Shown here: in pieces, positions 36,154 through 45,570 of the stretch
How the letters are laid out: each line of letters starts with the position of its first letter
Numbering within the stretch: the first letter of the stretch is position 1
DNA from: Escherichia coli
GTDB taxonomy: Bacteria; Pseudomonadota; Gammaproteobacteria; Enterobacterales; Enterobacteriaceae
Strand: one strand, 5' to 3'
NCBI RefSeq assembly: GCF_024502345.1
Contig: NZ_JALDNN010000003.1
DNA: 64,000 nt
Notes under the pieces: generated by a model
Database searches by the model: none
Seen by the model: the letters and a program-made list of their open reading frames with translations, nothing else
What the model was told of the DNA's origin: nothing
Made by a program: the position numbers and the translations under genes

Positions 36154-38610
36154 TTACTTCAGTTCCTCTATATTCAGCATAAATTCAGAAGTTCCAACGA
36201 CGCCGGAAGTCGAAGGAAAAATAGGGAAGCTGCGGCTGTCACCCAGACCCAGATCCAACTGAACATTTTTGCTCTCCCCAGGAGCTGCGGAAACCCCATT
36301 CACCGTGACGCCGAAGGTTGCATCCTTACGCACCGTCAGTATCGCGTCCTGTTTCCCGGTTGCGATAGACCCGTCCTTCTTACGCAGCTGGCTGGCATAA
36401 AGAACCGCCAGCGGTGTGTCATCGGACGTTTTCAGCGCGGTACTAACGGAGATGGTCTTAAGGTTTTCCAGACGAACCAGGTTGTTCGGCAAGTAACTAA
36501 ATTCGACGGCGCTTTCTTTAACGTTGTTCATCTCGTCTTTGGCCTGCACGGTAAGCGTGTAAGTTTCGCCGTCGTTAAGTGAAGGAAAGATCTTCGGGTA
36601 ATTCGGGGCATAAAGATTATTTCCGAGGTTTACCCACGACAACTCAACAGCATCAGATACCGGGCCACCGCGAAGCGTCATTCGCGTTAAAGAGGGCTTG
36701 GTCAGGGTATCTGCGAGCTGAATACGAATGTTCTCCAGTCCATACACCGTTACACTGCTGGTGATAGGTTTGGTTTCGTAGCTGATACTGATGGACGGCG
36801 GCGTGTTATCGACCGTCACAGTCTTATAGTCCAGACTACCCGTATTGTTGAACGAATCCTGGGCGTTGAGCTGCACGTTATAGCTGCCCTCCGGGATTAG
36901 TTTCAGGTTGAACTCGTATGTATAATTCCCGGTTGCTGTGTTACGCCCCGTTAGTGTTCCGGTCACATTGATATCCGCGTTATTGCGGGATTTGTCGGAC
37001 AGCCACACCCGGCTCAGTTTAACGGTATCGAAATACGATCCGTCTCCCGGCTGGTTGATGTAAACCTGAAGGATGTTGGTCGTATCATTGTAGTCATAGC
37101 CAGTGACCGAAGGCCCCAGCGTATGCCAGACGACGTTTTCCCAGATAGGCATGAAGAAGGTGGATTCTGTTGTGGAACGTACCTCATAACCACTATGCAG
37201 ATAGCCGGTGGTGCCGTTTGTAATCGCCTGTGTCAGGGCGACGGTACACGACGTTGACCCGGCAGGGATGTTGCAGGTGGCACCGCCAGTAATTTTTTGG
37301 TCGTAGGGCCTTGCCTGCACATTGAAACGGATCTTGGTCAGGTTCACCGGCATATCTGAAGCCTTGAAGTATTTCCAATTGACGCTGTTAAACCAGGTAC
37401 CATCGGACATCTGTCGCTCAATCGCCGGACTCCCCCATGCAGGACTTTTTACCGAAGCCGGGTCCCAGTTCAGCCAGGAGGCGTATTGCGTCAGATCGCC
37501 TCCGGACCATTGGTACGTGTTCACTGGGCGATAGTAGTTTATATCCAGAGCGCCCTGGGGAAGCTTCACCTCGACGTACACATAGGTCGTGTCTTCTGAA
37601 ATAACCTGAGCACCGCCATAATTGTTAAGAATGGTGATGCCGCCGTTACGGTATGGCTTCCAGTTGGTTCGGGGGATACGGATGACCATACGGTATGGGT
37701 TTTCGAGTACAGATAGCCCCCGAACAAACGGGACGTACCCTGAAGAGATCCCCGGGACCACACTCGTACTGACGCGTGAGTCATGAACCGCAAAGGGGGT
37801 GTATTCACCTATCTGGTCATCAAATAAAAAGCGCTGCGGCGGAATATTCAGCGTGTTTCCGGCTTTATCTGTGATGATAAAATTGAAGGTAAATTCTTCA
37901 TTGAGATCGCTGGTGGGCATACCGGGTTGAGTGACCGCGTCCTTGATCCAGGGGTAAAAGGCACGTTTTGCCGCCGTATCGTAACTGAGTGTGTTGTCGG
38001 ACACGACTGTGCCATTTCCGCGCTTGATGACCAGACGGATCTTGTCTATGCCATTCGCATCATCAACTCCATCAGCAAAGATGGAAAACTGGCCAGATCC
38101 TCCGCGCCCAAGCCCCCAAACTGGCCCACTCAGGACCATTTCATAGCCTGCGTTCTGGCTCGGGTAGATGCTGGTATACTTTGGCGCTGTAGTGTCGATT
38201 GTGAAATGATACGTTGAAGAGCTGACGACAGCCTGCTGGAGATCCAGGGTATCGTTGATGACGGTGAAGGCCCCTTCACCGAGTGCGGGTAACGCCAAGT
38301 CCTTTCCGTAATATTCCGTGCCGTCTGCGGCAACAATGCGATCTGCGACGCTTATCTTTCCTGTCACTGCGGAATACATGACCTTTTTGTCACTGTCCCT
38401 GGTCACACTCACTCGTTCGTATCGGTCAAGGCCGGAGATCAGATTCAGGGTCATTGTGCTTGCCGGATTAAGGTAGCTCTGCGTGGCAGGCTTAAGCGTC
38501 TTTGCCAGCTGATTGGTGTCAGTATACGAATAGCTGAAAATCTGAGCCGCCGCCGGATAAACTGAAGCTATGGCCGTGGCAATGATACAGCCTGTCAGAA
38601 TTTTACGCAT
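36154..38610 (-). CDS. large secreted bacterial Ig-like (Big) domain protein, 818 aa (RSP-family)
   Basis: Start at MRKILTGCIIATAIASVYPAAAQ (GGGAG RBS; the track ORF starts at 38658). Paralog of 28876-31260. Confidence 0.8.
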   Translation of the reverse strand: MRKILTGCIIATAIASVYPAAAQIFSYSYTDTNQLAKTLKPATQSYLNPASTMTLNLISGLDRYERVSVTRDSDKKVMYSAVTGKISVADRIVAADGTEYYGKDLALPALGEGAFTVINDTLDLQQAVVSSSTYHFTIDTTAPKYTSIYPSQNAGYEMVLSGPVWGLGRGGSGQFSIFADGVDDANGIDKIRLVIKRGNGTVVSDNTLSYDTAAKRAFYPWIKDAVTQPGMPTSDLNEEFTFNFIITDKAGNTLNIPPQRFLFDDQIGEYTPFAVHDSRVSTSVVPGISSGYVPFVRGLSVLENPYRMVIRIPRTNWKPYRNGGITILNNYGGAQVISEDTTYVYVEVKLPQGALDINYYRPVNTYQWSGGDLTQYASWLNWDPASVKSPAWGSPAIERQMSDGTWFNSVNWKYFKASDMPVNLTKIRFNVQARPYDQKITGGATCNIPAGSTSCTVALTQAITNGTTGYLHSGYEVRSTTESTFFMPIWENVVWHTLGPSVTGYDYNDTTNILQVYINQPGDGSYFDTVKLSRVWLSDKSRNNADINVTGTLTGRNTATGNYTYEFNLKLIPEGSYNVQLNAQDSFNNTGSLDYKTVTVDNTPPSISISYETKPITSSVTVYGLENIRIQLADTLTKPSLTRMTLRGGPVSDAVELSWVNLGNNLYAPNYPKIFPSLNDGETYTLTVQAKDEMNNVKESAVEFSYLPNNLVRLENLKTISVSTALKTSDDTPLAVLYASQLRKKDGSIATGKQDAILTVRKDATFGVTVNGVSAAPGESKNVQLDLGLGDSRSFPIFPSTSGVVGTSEFMLNIEELK

Positions 38611-38785
38611 GTGATACTCCCGGGATGTATTTGCCCCTATTTTACGAAATCTTTTCACCTGGGCTTGCTGGTTAGCCGGGGTATTTCACGGCATAAAACT
38701 TTTAAATGTTGCCGTGATAGCAATGTTGTCGGGTCAGAACAAAACGAAAGTTAAGGCAACTTCAACAGGGCTGATTACGGTGGAA

Positions 38786-38800
38786 GAAAAGTAACTTTTC
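38786..38800. promoter_or_regulatory. perfect GAAAAGTWACTTTTC box
   Basis: Reads GAAAAGTAACTTTTC, about 175 bp upstream of the Ig-like gene start. Confidence 0.6.
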
Positions 38801-39055
38801 TCTTGAGAAGAAATAGGAAAAGCAGAAATTAGGACGATTAAATGAGGTGAAATGTCAGCAACAGGCGATGATTGTCCATCATCGTAAGGGAGGGTACAGG
38901 GTGCCGCTGCCTTACTGGCATCATGTTGATGTCCAGCTCTTCATACCCGTTTGTACCTTAGCCGGAACTGTTGTTCAGTACAGGTAAAAGTTGTAATAAC
39001 TCCCCGCTCACTGCCGGGGAGTCATTTTAAATCAGCACGGCGCCATCAGAATAGA

Positions 39056-39232
39056 TTAGCTTTCAAACCAGGGCGAATCGGCAGAGTTCGCAGATTCTTC
39101 ACTTTGCTGTGACTCCCCCAGAAATTGCACTTCACGTACTGGTTTACTTTTCCCCAGGCTCCGCTGGAAATCATCCATCACAAACTCAATATCATCACGG
39201 TCCTCAGGCAAGACAGGCGAACTTTTGGACAT
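39056..39232 (-). CDS. possible small acidic protein, 58 aa (below the ORF-track cutoff)
   Basis: My own translation is MSKSSPVLPEDRDDIEFVMDDFQRSLGKSKPVREVQFLGESQQSEESANSADSPWFES. AAGGAAAG RBS. It starts 14 nt after the methyltransferase stop. Confidence 0.45.
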   Translation of the reverse strand: MSKSSPVLPEDRDDIEFVMDDFQRSLGKSKPVREVQFLGESQQSEESANSADSPWFES

Positions 39233-39246
39233 AGTCTTTCCTTCAG

Positions 39247-40923
39247 TTAAAAGCGTTCTGCATACAGAACGCGGACGGAGACGGCAGTGTTGTCAAACTC
39301 ATTATCGAAGGTATCCATCCACTCGGTCCTGAACCCCTCGCCCAGCAGGTTATCGATCCCCTGAAGGGACAGAGGCAGGACGGCAGCTAAACGCCCGCCG
39401 GGAACCAGATGAGACGCAGCGGCCAGCAGATGCAGCTTAGCCCGGTTGTCAGCAAAAGGAGGGTTCATCACCACGCAATCAAATTTCTGAATCTGATTCG
39501 CCGCCGACCAGGCCAGAAAATCGGCTTCCGTGGTCTCGTAACCTTTAGCCCGGGAGACCAGACAATTCAGTGTATCCAGTTCGATGCCGGTTACGTTGAC
39601 ACTTTTCGGGAAACATTGAAGCAAATCCCCGTGCCCAATATTGGGCTCCAGCAGCCGTTCCCCCTCCCCGGCCGCAATAATGGATGCGACGTATTCACTG
39701 AGTCGCGCCGACGACGGATAAAACTGGTGGGATTTAATATCAGGCATGGCGCCCATATGTCCGATGAAGCGCATCACTTCGGTCGGGTCATAATCAAACG
39801 TCACATGGTAGCTTGTCACTCGGGCACCGAGAAATCGCAGAACATCCGCGTTCACCTGCCGCGTTTTATCAGCGTTCTCACCGGCATAGCCGAGCGATGT
39901 CCAGCTGGACCATTCCTTTTCATTCTGGGTAAAATCCAGCTCTGCAAGCTGCATCCGTGAATGAAAATCGATGCAGCGTTTCAGTGCCGGGAACTCCTGC
40001 AACGTCGCTTTGGTATGGGCCACGCGTTCAGCAGGCAGAGCCAGAGGGACGATGGCAGCAAGAATGTTGTTAAGCCGTTCGGCGATATCAGGATGCACAT
40101 CAATGTGCATCGATCCGTTTTTGTAGACCCGAAAACGAATACTGTTGCCATCCAGGCTGATCCAGTTTCTGAATCCAACATGACCAACCATATTCTCAAC
40201 CATTTTTTTCGTGTCATAGACCGGTTTAACTGTTTCGCCCCGGAAATAAGAACAGATCACCCGCAACTCCGAAAGTGGCATGAGGCCGGATTCTTTAAAC
40301 TCAACCTTCAGTTTTACCCATTTGTCTTTCACGCCTTCACATACGCCGGAGGTGATCATGCGAGTAGAGAAGCCAAATGCTTTATTGGTTTTGTGTTGAC
40401 GGCTTAATGACTGAAAGACGGCATAGACACGATCTTTAATGAACTGATGCCGGTCATTGAGCAACGCGACAACCGTGGTAACAACAGCATCGAGTGTAAA
40501 ATCAGGGATCTCCTGAGGAGGAAGGTGGTAACGGTCAGCAGTAAACTGCTTATCCCATTCTTTCTTCTTTTCGTCAGACATCACAGACAGTACATCGGTC
40601 AGGGCCATGACCCTCTTCCAGTATTCTGAACGCAGCGCGTTTTCTGCGTAGCTGGCATCCGCTTCTGAAATGAGATGATTGTATCCGGAGAGGTATGAAT
40701 AGAGCTTCTGATTCCCGCATTTCAGGAACTGAGCGGACATGGACCTCAGTAAGCTAAGCTCATCGTTATATGATTCGACCTGCCTGTTAATGACATCGAG
40801 CTCTTCCCGCATTTCGGGCAGGAAGTTATCGTCGTTAATAAGGAGGCCAGTATGAGGCATATAAGCAACCAGAGAACTCCCAGGGGCACCCATTGGCAGG
40901 GAATCAGATTCAACAGCAGACAT
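39247..40923 (-). CDS. N6-adenine DNA methyltransferase with a long N-terminal domain (DUF4942-like architecture), about 558 aa
   Basis: The C-terminal region has an AdoMet motif I-like LEPNIGHGD and catalytic VMNPPF. The start is set at the ATG 9 nt after AAGGA; the track ORF starts at 41001. Confidence 0.75.
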   Translation of the reverse strand: MSAVESDSLPMGAPGSSLVAYMPHTGLLINDDNFLPEMREELDVINRQVESYNDELSLLRSMSAQFLKCGNQKLYSYLSGYNHLISEADASYAENALRSEYWKRVMALTDVLSVMSDEKKKEWDKQFTADRYHLPPQEIPDFTLDAVVTTVVALLNDRHQFIKDRVYAVFQSLSRQHKTNKAFGFSTRMITSGVCEGVKDKWVKLKVEFKESGLMPLSELRVICSYFRGETVKPVYDTKKMVENMVGHVGFRNWISLDGNSIRFRVYKNGSMHIDVHPDIAERLNNILAAIVPLALPAERVAHTKATLQEFPALKRCIDFHSRMQLAELDFTQNEKEWSSWTSLGYAGENADKTRQVNADVLRFLGARVTSYHVTFDYDPTEVMRFIGHMGAMPDIKSHQFYPSSARLSEYVASIIAAGEGERLLEPNIGHGDLLQCFPKSVNVTGIELDTLNCLVSRAKGYETTEADFLAWSAANQIQKFDCVVMNPPFADNRAKLHLLAAASHLVPGGRLAAVLPLSLQGIDNLLGEGFRTEWMDTFDNEFDNTAVSVRVLYAERF

Positions 40924-41182
40924 AGCACCAGTCCTTTTTGAAGGGTTTATCTGATACCAGGATAACAACCTTGAACAAAAAGCTAATAGGTTGGCTGACA
41001 TGAAAATGGAGAAATTAACACTGCGGAAAGTCAGAAAGACAGATGTGGTTTTAATCAGAAGAAACGGGCCGGAGACAGGACAAAAAAACCCCTACATAGT
41101 AGGGGCAACGGGGGGAGAGCCTGGGTGGCTCGCTCTAAAATATCGTACTTCTTATTGTAGGCTTCTCACACTCTGAAATAAT

Positions 41183-42346
41183 TCATTTAAGCCTGTGCTG
41201 GGGGGGGGGGGCGGATTGCGGTTCTCCGCCATTTTTATCGTTTTTCTTGGTTTTGTAAGTCACTTTTTCCCCTTTCAATCGGGCTTGCCGATTTTCGGCC
41301 CGGCGAAGCTGCTTGTTTTCTGATTCCGTAATCTCACTTTGCAGGTTCTTGAGCATCTCCAACATGCTCCGGTTCAGCGTAAAGGTAATTTCTTCATCTT
41401 CGCTGGAGTCGGTCACCTCCGGCAACTCGATATCACCGAGTTTCTGCAATAGACTCGTCGTAATGAGTTTGACCCCTTCGACGGCTTTTGTAGCGAGAAC
41501 TGGTGGAACACGTGCGGGTTTAAAATCGGAAGGGACAACACGGATCTGCCCGCGTGGCGTTTTCTTAATCTGGATACCGCTTGAATCAGCCTTTTCAAGG
41601 TCTGCGATCATCTTTTCGATCCGCGCAACAGCTTCCGTTTCACCGAACTCATCGATAAGGGACAGGACTGCTACATAGGAAATGGCATCGGCATGGATCA
41701 GTTTTTTGAGATAGACACAGCAGCCGGTCAAGCGAATAAGAGCAGCAATGGTGGTATTACTTTTTCCCTCACGTTCGGCAATACGGTCAAGCGACCATCC
41801 ACCCAGCGCCTGAAGACGTCGGTAGGATTCACCCAAAGCCACAGGAGAAAGAGCTAGGCCACGGTTTCCGTCAATCGTTGTCAGTTCGCAGCTGATCTCA
41901 TCGGCTTTCATCTCGATGCAAAGAATGGTGAGGTTAGAATGCCCTTCTGCCACAGCCATCAAAGCAGCCTTTAAACGGCAATGTCCCTGGCGAACGTACG
42001 GAATGCCGTCTTTGATCAGAACGCGGATAGGGTCTACGTAATCACCCCGGATGTACGCATTCTTGATGTTATTGAGATGATCGGCGACTTCTGGCAACTG
42101 GTAATAAGCTTCCCCCATTCCCATCTCACGGGAGTTGAATCCTTCCGTGATTTGAACCACGGTTGGGCTGATAGCCCATGCTTTCTGTTCAGTGACTTCA
42201 TTACAAAGGTCAGGGTTCGCGTCGCGGAACTGCTTCATACCACTGACGAATCGGCCGGAACCGGTCACTGTTGAAAAAGACACGAGTGGGGATTTAAAGA
42301 CCCGTGAGTTAGTTTGCTGTTGGGAATCAGTCATCAGATCACTCAT
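41183..42346 (-). CDS. ParB/Srx-fold (KorB-like) protein, paralog 2, 387 aa
   Basis: GFNSREMGMGEAYYQLPEVADHLNNIKNAY...RQGHCRLKAA plus an HTH-like region. Homolog of 1572-2777 and 45571-46647. Confidence 0.8.
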   Translation of the reverse strand: MSDLMTDSQQQTNSRVFKSPLVSFSTVTGSGRFVSGMKQFRDANPDLCNEVTEQKAWAISPTVVQITEGFNSREMGMGEAYYQLPEVADHLNNIKNAYIRGDYVDPIRVLIKDGIPYVRQGHCRLKAALMAVAEGHSNLTILCIEMKADEISCELTTIDGNRGLALSPVALGESYRRLQALGGWSLDRIAEREGKSNTTIAALIRLTGCCVYLKKLIHADAISYVAVLSLIDEFGETEAVARIEKMIADLEKADSSGIQIKKTPRGQIRVVPSDFKPARVPPVLATKAVEGVKLITTSLLQKLGDIELPEVTDSSEDEEITFTLNRSMLEMLKNLQSEITESENKQLRRAENRQARLKGEKVTYKTKKNDKNGGEPQSAPPPQHRLK

Positions 42347-42705
42347 AGATACTCCGTTGAATTCTTTTTTGTCATACCTTTCATCTGTGCGTGAATACTA
42401 CCGGAAAAAAAAATCTCACTTTTTCGTTAAAAAGGTACTTTTTGGGTCTATTCCGAATTGAACGAGGAAAATTGTTCTGGCGATCAGAACAAAAAGAAAA
42501 AATAAATCAAATAAAACAGATGGTTATGGTTAATTCGTAAAGGATAAACTTTTTTCTGAGAAGTGAAAAAAAATTAAAAAATGTGTCGAAATGACAATCT
42601 CGTTAACAAAAGCCACGTTTTTTCCTGCTCATACCTTATTGGTAGCAATCCGCCTTTCGGTACCATAAGTGTGGCATACCGATAAAGCTGAACGGAGAAG
42701 ACTCG

Positions 42706-43530
42706 TTGCGAAAACATACACCAATCATCAAATGGGCGGGGGGTAAAACCAAACTGATGCCGTTCCTCAGTAAGCACTTCCCACATGATAAGAGCCGACG
42801 CTGGGTTGAACCGTTTATCGGCGGTGGCGCCGTGTTTCTGAACATGTTTGCCACCGAGGCTCTCCTGGCAGACAGCAACCCGGACCTAATCAATCTGTAC
42901 CGCAACATACAGCGAAATAAACCGGCATTCATCAGAGAAGTGCAGCTGCTGGCGGAAAGGCATTTTGAAGAAGAGGATTACTACGTGCTGCGGAATACCT
43001 TTAACAGCACCAGTTTTGATGATGCCCCGCTACAACGAGCAGCCATTTTCTACGCGATGAATCGACTCGGATATAACGGTCTGTGTCGTTACAACTTGAA
43101 GCGAAAGTTCTCAGTTCCATGGGGAAAGCGATACCAGTTCAGTCTGGATATCCAGAAGGTTGATTACCTCTCATTCAGGCTTTCGAGCGTTGAATTGAAA
43201 ACCGCAGATTTTGGTCAGACGCTGGAGTTTGCAGGTGGTGGTGACCAAATATATTGCGATCCGCCATATGACAAAATCAGTAAAACCAGCTTTGTAAGCT
43301 ATGATGGTATACCGTTCGATAAGAGCGCACATGTTAAACTGGCGGATATGCTGGTGGATGCTAATCGTAAAGGGGCCTCAGTGGCCATATCCAACAGCAT
43401 GACTCCCTTTACGCTGGAGCTCTATGAAGAACGCGGTTTTGATATTCATACTCACAACGCTTATCGGTCTGTCGGCAGTCAATCAAAGTCGCGTAAGAAG
43501 GAAATAGAAATTCTGGCCGTCCTTCGTTGA
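42706..43530 (+). CDS. dam: Dam-family DNA adenine methyltransferase, 274 aa
   Basis: PIIKWAGGK near the N-terminus and the catalytic DPPY. TTG start 9 nt after GGAG. Confidence 0.85.
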   Translation: MRKHTPIIKWAGGKTKLMPFLSKHFPHDKSRRWVEPFIGGGAVFLNMFATEALLADSNPDLINLYRNIQRNKPAFIREVQLLAERHFEEEDYYVLRNTFNSTSFDDAPLQRAAIFYAMNRLGYNGLCRYNLKRKFSVPWGKRYQFSLDIQKVDYLSFRLSSVELKTADFGQTLEFAGGGDQIYCDPPYDKISKTSFVSYDGIPFDKSAHVKLADMLVDANRKGASVAISNSMTPFTLELYEERGFDIHTHNAYRSVGSQSKSRKKEIEILAVLR

Positions 43531-43544
43531 GCGGCGATCAGTAG

Positions 43545-44366
43545 TTAGTCGATCGGGCTTATCCATTCCTCGAAGCTCAGCACTTCGGAATGGTCACGGC
43601 TGGCATAGGGAATAAACTGAAGCTCTTCAATTGATCGCTCCCCTCTCTTACCTTCGCATATAAACGATATGAACCCCTGATCTGCAAGTTGGGTAAGGAC
43701 ATTCATGATTCGTACGTTCACTGTATGCAACTGAAGATCATTCACGATATCGGTAATTTTGTGTGAATGGCGCCGGGACTTTCGCAAATAATCAAAGATG
43801 ACAAACTGGGCATTCCGTCGCTTCAATAATTTTTCCGTCATAAATTCCTGAATTAATCCCCCCAGCAACATCAGGAACGGACGAAGTACCCCAGGGAACG
43901 TTAACGTATAAGACTGCGATGTTTTGACCAGAGTGAAGGACGTCAGGAAGCTGAAGTTTAGTCGCTTCTTTGAATACGGGACATAAACAGCCAATGTCGT
44001 AGACAAGTAAGTAAGCAATTCTTCCAGATGAGCGCGTGTGATCATGACCGTCTTATCGCTATTACGAAGACCGTGATAATCAATAAATGCCACTCTGGCA
44101 CGACTCAGCCACTCGTGAATGCTTATGGATACAGTGAACGGTGCGTTTTCATCGGCAGAAATGACGCCGTGCTCAGCGAGTTGGTTATGGATAAGCATAG
44201 ACAGCTGGTAAAATGGAAAACGGCAGGATGGATGACACTGTAGGCCAGTTAGCGTTAGCTTTGCATTATCCAAGTCATCGAGCGGAAAAGTAACTTTTCG
44301 GGAAATAATTTTTGCTGACGTTCTTGCTGACTTGCGGATGAACCCAAGTCCAAGATCATTTTGCAT
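43545..44366 (-). CDS. hypothetical protein, 273 aa
   Basis: GGAG RBS 7 nt upstream of the ATG. It contains a perfect palindromic box in codons 23-27. Confidence 0.6.
   Translation of the reverse strand: MQNDLGLGFIRKSARTSAKIISRKVTFPLDDLDNAKLTLTGLQCHPSCRFPFYQLSMLIHNQLAEHGVISADENAPFTVSISIHEWLSRARVAFIDYHGLRNSDKTVMITRAHLEELLTYLSTTLAVYVPYSKKRLNFSFLTSFTLVKTSQSYTLTFPGVLRPFLMLLGGLIQEFMTEKLLKRRNAQFVIFDYLRKSRRHSHKITDIVNDLQLHTVNVRIMNVLTQLADQGFISFICEGKRGERSIEELQFIPYASRDHSEVLSFEEWISPID
44285..44299. promoter_or_regulatory. perfect GAAAAGTWACTTTTC box, intragenic
   Basis: Reads GAAAAGTAACTTTTC, 67 nt inside the 273-aa ORF. Confidence 0.5.
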
Positions 44367-44648
44367 ATATCACTCCGTTTTAACAAAATCTCCTTAACCT
44401 ATATGTTAAGAAGAGACAAAAAATTAAAAAATATAATTAATAAGATTATCATTTTTAATTTAAAAGATTAGTTAATAACGGGTGTTGAATTTAAAATAAA
44501 TCGGCTTATTTTCGGAGTGTAAAACCGGGTAAAAACCCGATGCGTGAGCAACAGATTTGACGTGAGTGAGTCGGCACGACAGTGCAGAAAGCCGGTGGCT
44601 AATGTAAAAACGGCCTGTATTTGGGAGTTCCGGTCACTAGACACCAGG

Positions 44649-45356
44649 CTATGCTGTTAATTTAAACACAGTCAGTAATGCGTAGGGCACTGAGTCAAAG
44701 TAGTGGATCTTTCTCACTTTTCCCGAAAGATGATAGCTATGCCCCAATAAAACGTGATCCTGAACATTACCAGTCAACGCGAATCCATCATTCTGCTTTT
44801 TGCCTGTAAAAGTAAAAAAATAGCTATGAGAACCTTTTGAAAACGCAGCTCGCACTTCTGTAAAAATAATATCAAAACTAACTACATCACCAATGTTGAA
44901 AGAATGTTCAATTGGAAAACCGGCGTTTTCTGAAAAAGCTTCAGAAACAGGCTGGTATGTCGAGTAGAAAGACTCCAACTGACGGACTGTTAAAAAGAGA
45001 TTGTTGTTTAACTGCTGTGCAATGCTTGCTGCAAACTTAGAATTGTCAGCTTGCAGCAATGCTAACTGCTCGCTGTGCCTACGTTTCCAGGCTTCAAGAT
45101 CGGGATTGCAGCGAAGTTCCGGGATAGTTTCAAGGAATTCAATGCACTCTTTCAGTACCAGCTTTTCCTCTGTGGCTGGAGACGTTTTGGAGCCATTGCA
45201 TGTCACACAGACGGCGTTCGCAATCTTTCCAGTCCCTCCGCATTCAAAGCACTCACGGGTGATAACGGCGTAATAGTGTCCATCTTTACCGTAGATAGGC
45301 TTTACGGATGATGGCAGTAAATAACCATCCTGAGTAAAAAAAAGAGAATGTTTCAT
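44649..45356 (-). CDS. protein with a DnaJ-type zinc-finger pair, 235 aa; paralog of 23481-23948
   Basis: Contains CFECGGTGK...CVTCNGSK. 4-nt overlap with the upstream 66-aa ORF. Confidence 0.6.
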   Translation of the reverse strand: MKHSLFFTQDGYLLPSSVKPIYGKDGHYYAVITRECFECGGTGKIANAVCVTCNGSKTSPATEEKLVLKECIEFLETIPELRCNPDLEAWKRRHSEQLALLQADNSKFAASIAQQLNNNLFLTVRQLESFYSTYQPVSEAFSENAGFPIEHSFNIGDVVSFDIIFTEVRAAFSKGSHSYFFTFTGKKQNDGFALTGNVQDHVLLGHSYHLSGKVRKIHYFDSVPYALLTVFKLTA

Positions 45357-45553
45357 TTTTTAAGGTTCTCCAGTCGAGCCTCCACGAGCTGTAAAGCGTC
45401 AGTTACCTTCTGTACGTATTGATCGTGCCCTTCTTCAAAATGATCAAAACGCTTTCCAGCCTTGATCTCTTCAATGTTGCGATCGAGTGTGCCTTTTGTA
45501 ATAAGTAGATCGTTATAAGTATTAATTACAGTAAACTGTGCAATCTTGTCCAT
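45353..45553 (-). CDS. hypothetical protein, 66 aa
   Basis: Lies between the ParB-like-3 and zinc-finger genes on the same strand, with tight spacing. Confidence 0.5.
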   Translation of the reverse strand: MDKIAQFTVINTYNDLLITKGTLDRNIEEIKAGKRFDHFEEGHDQYVQKVTDALQLVEARLENLKK

Positions 45554-45570
45554 AAACGGTCCTTAGCATT

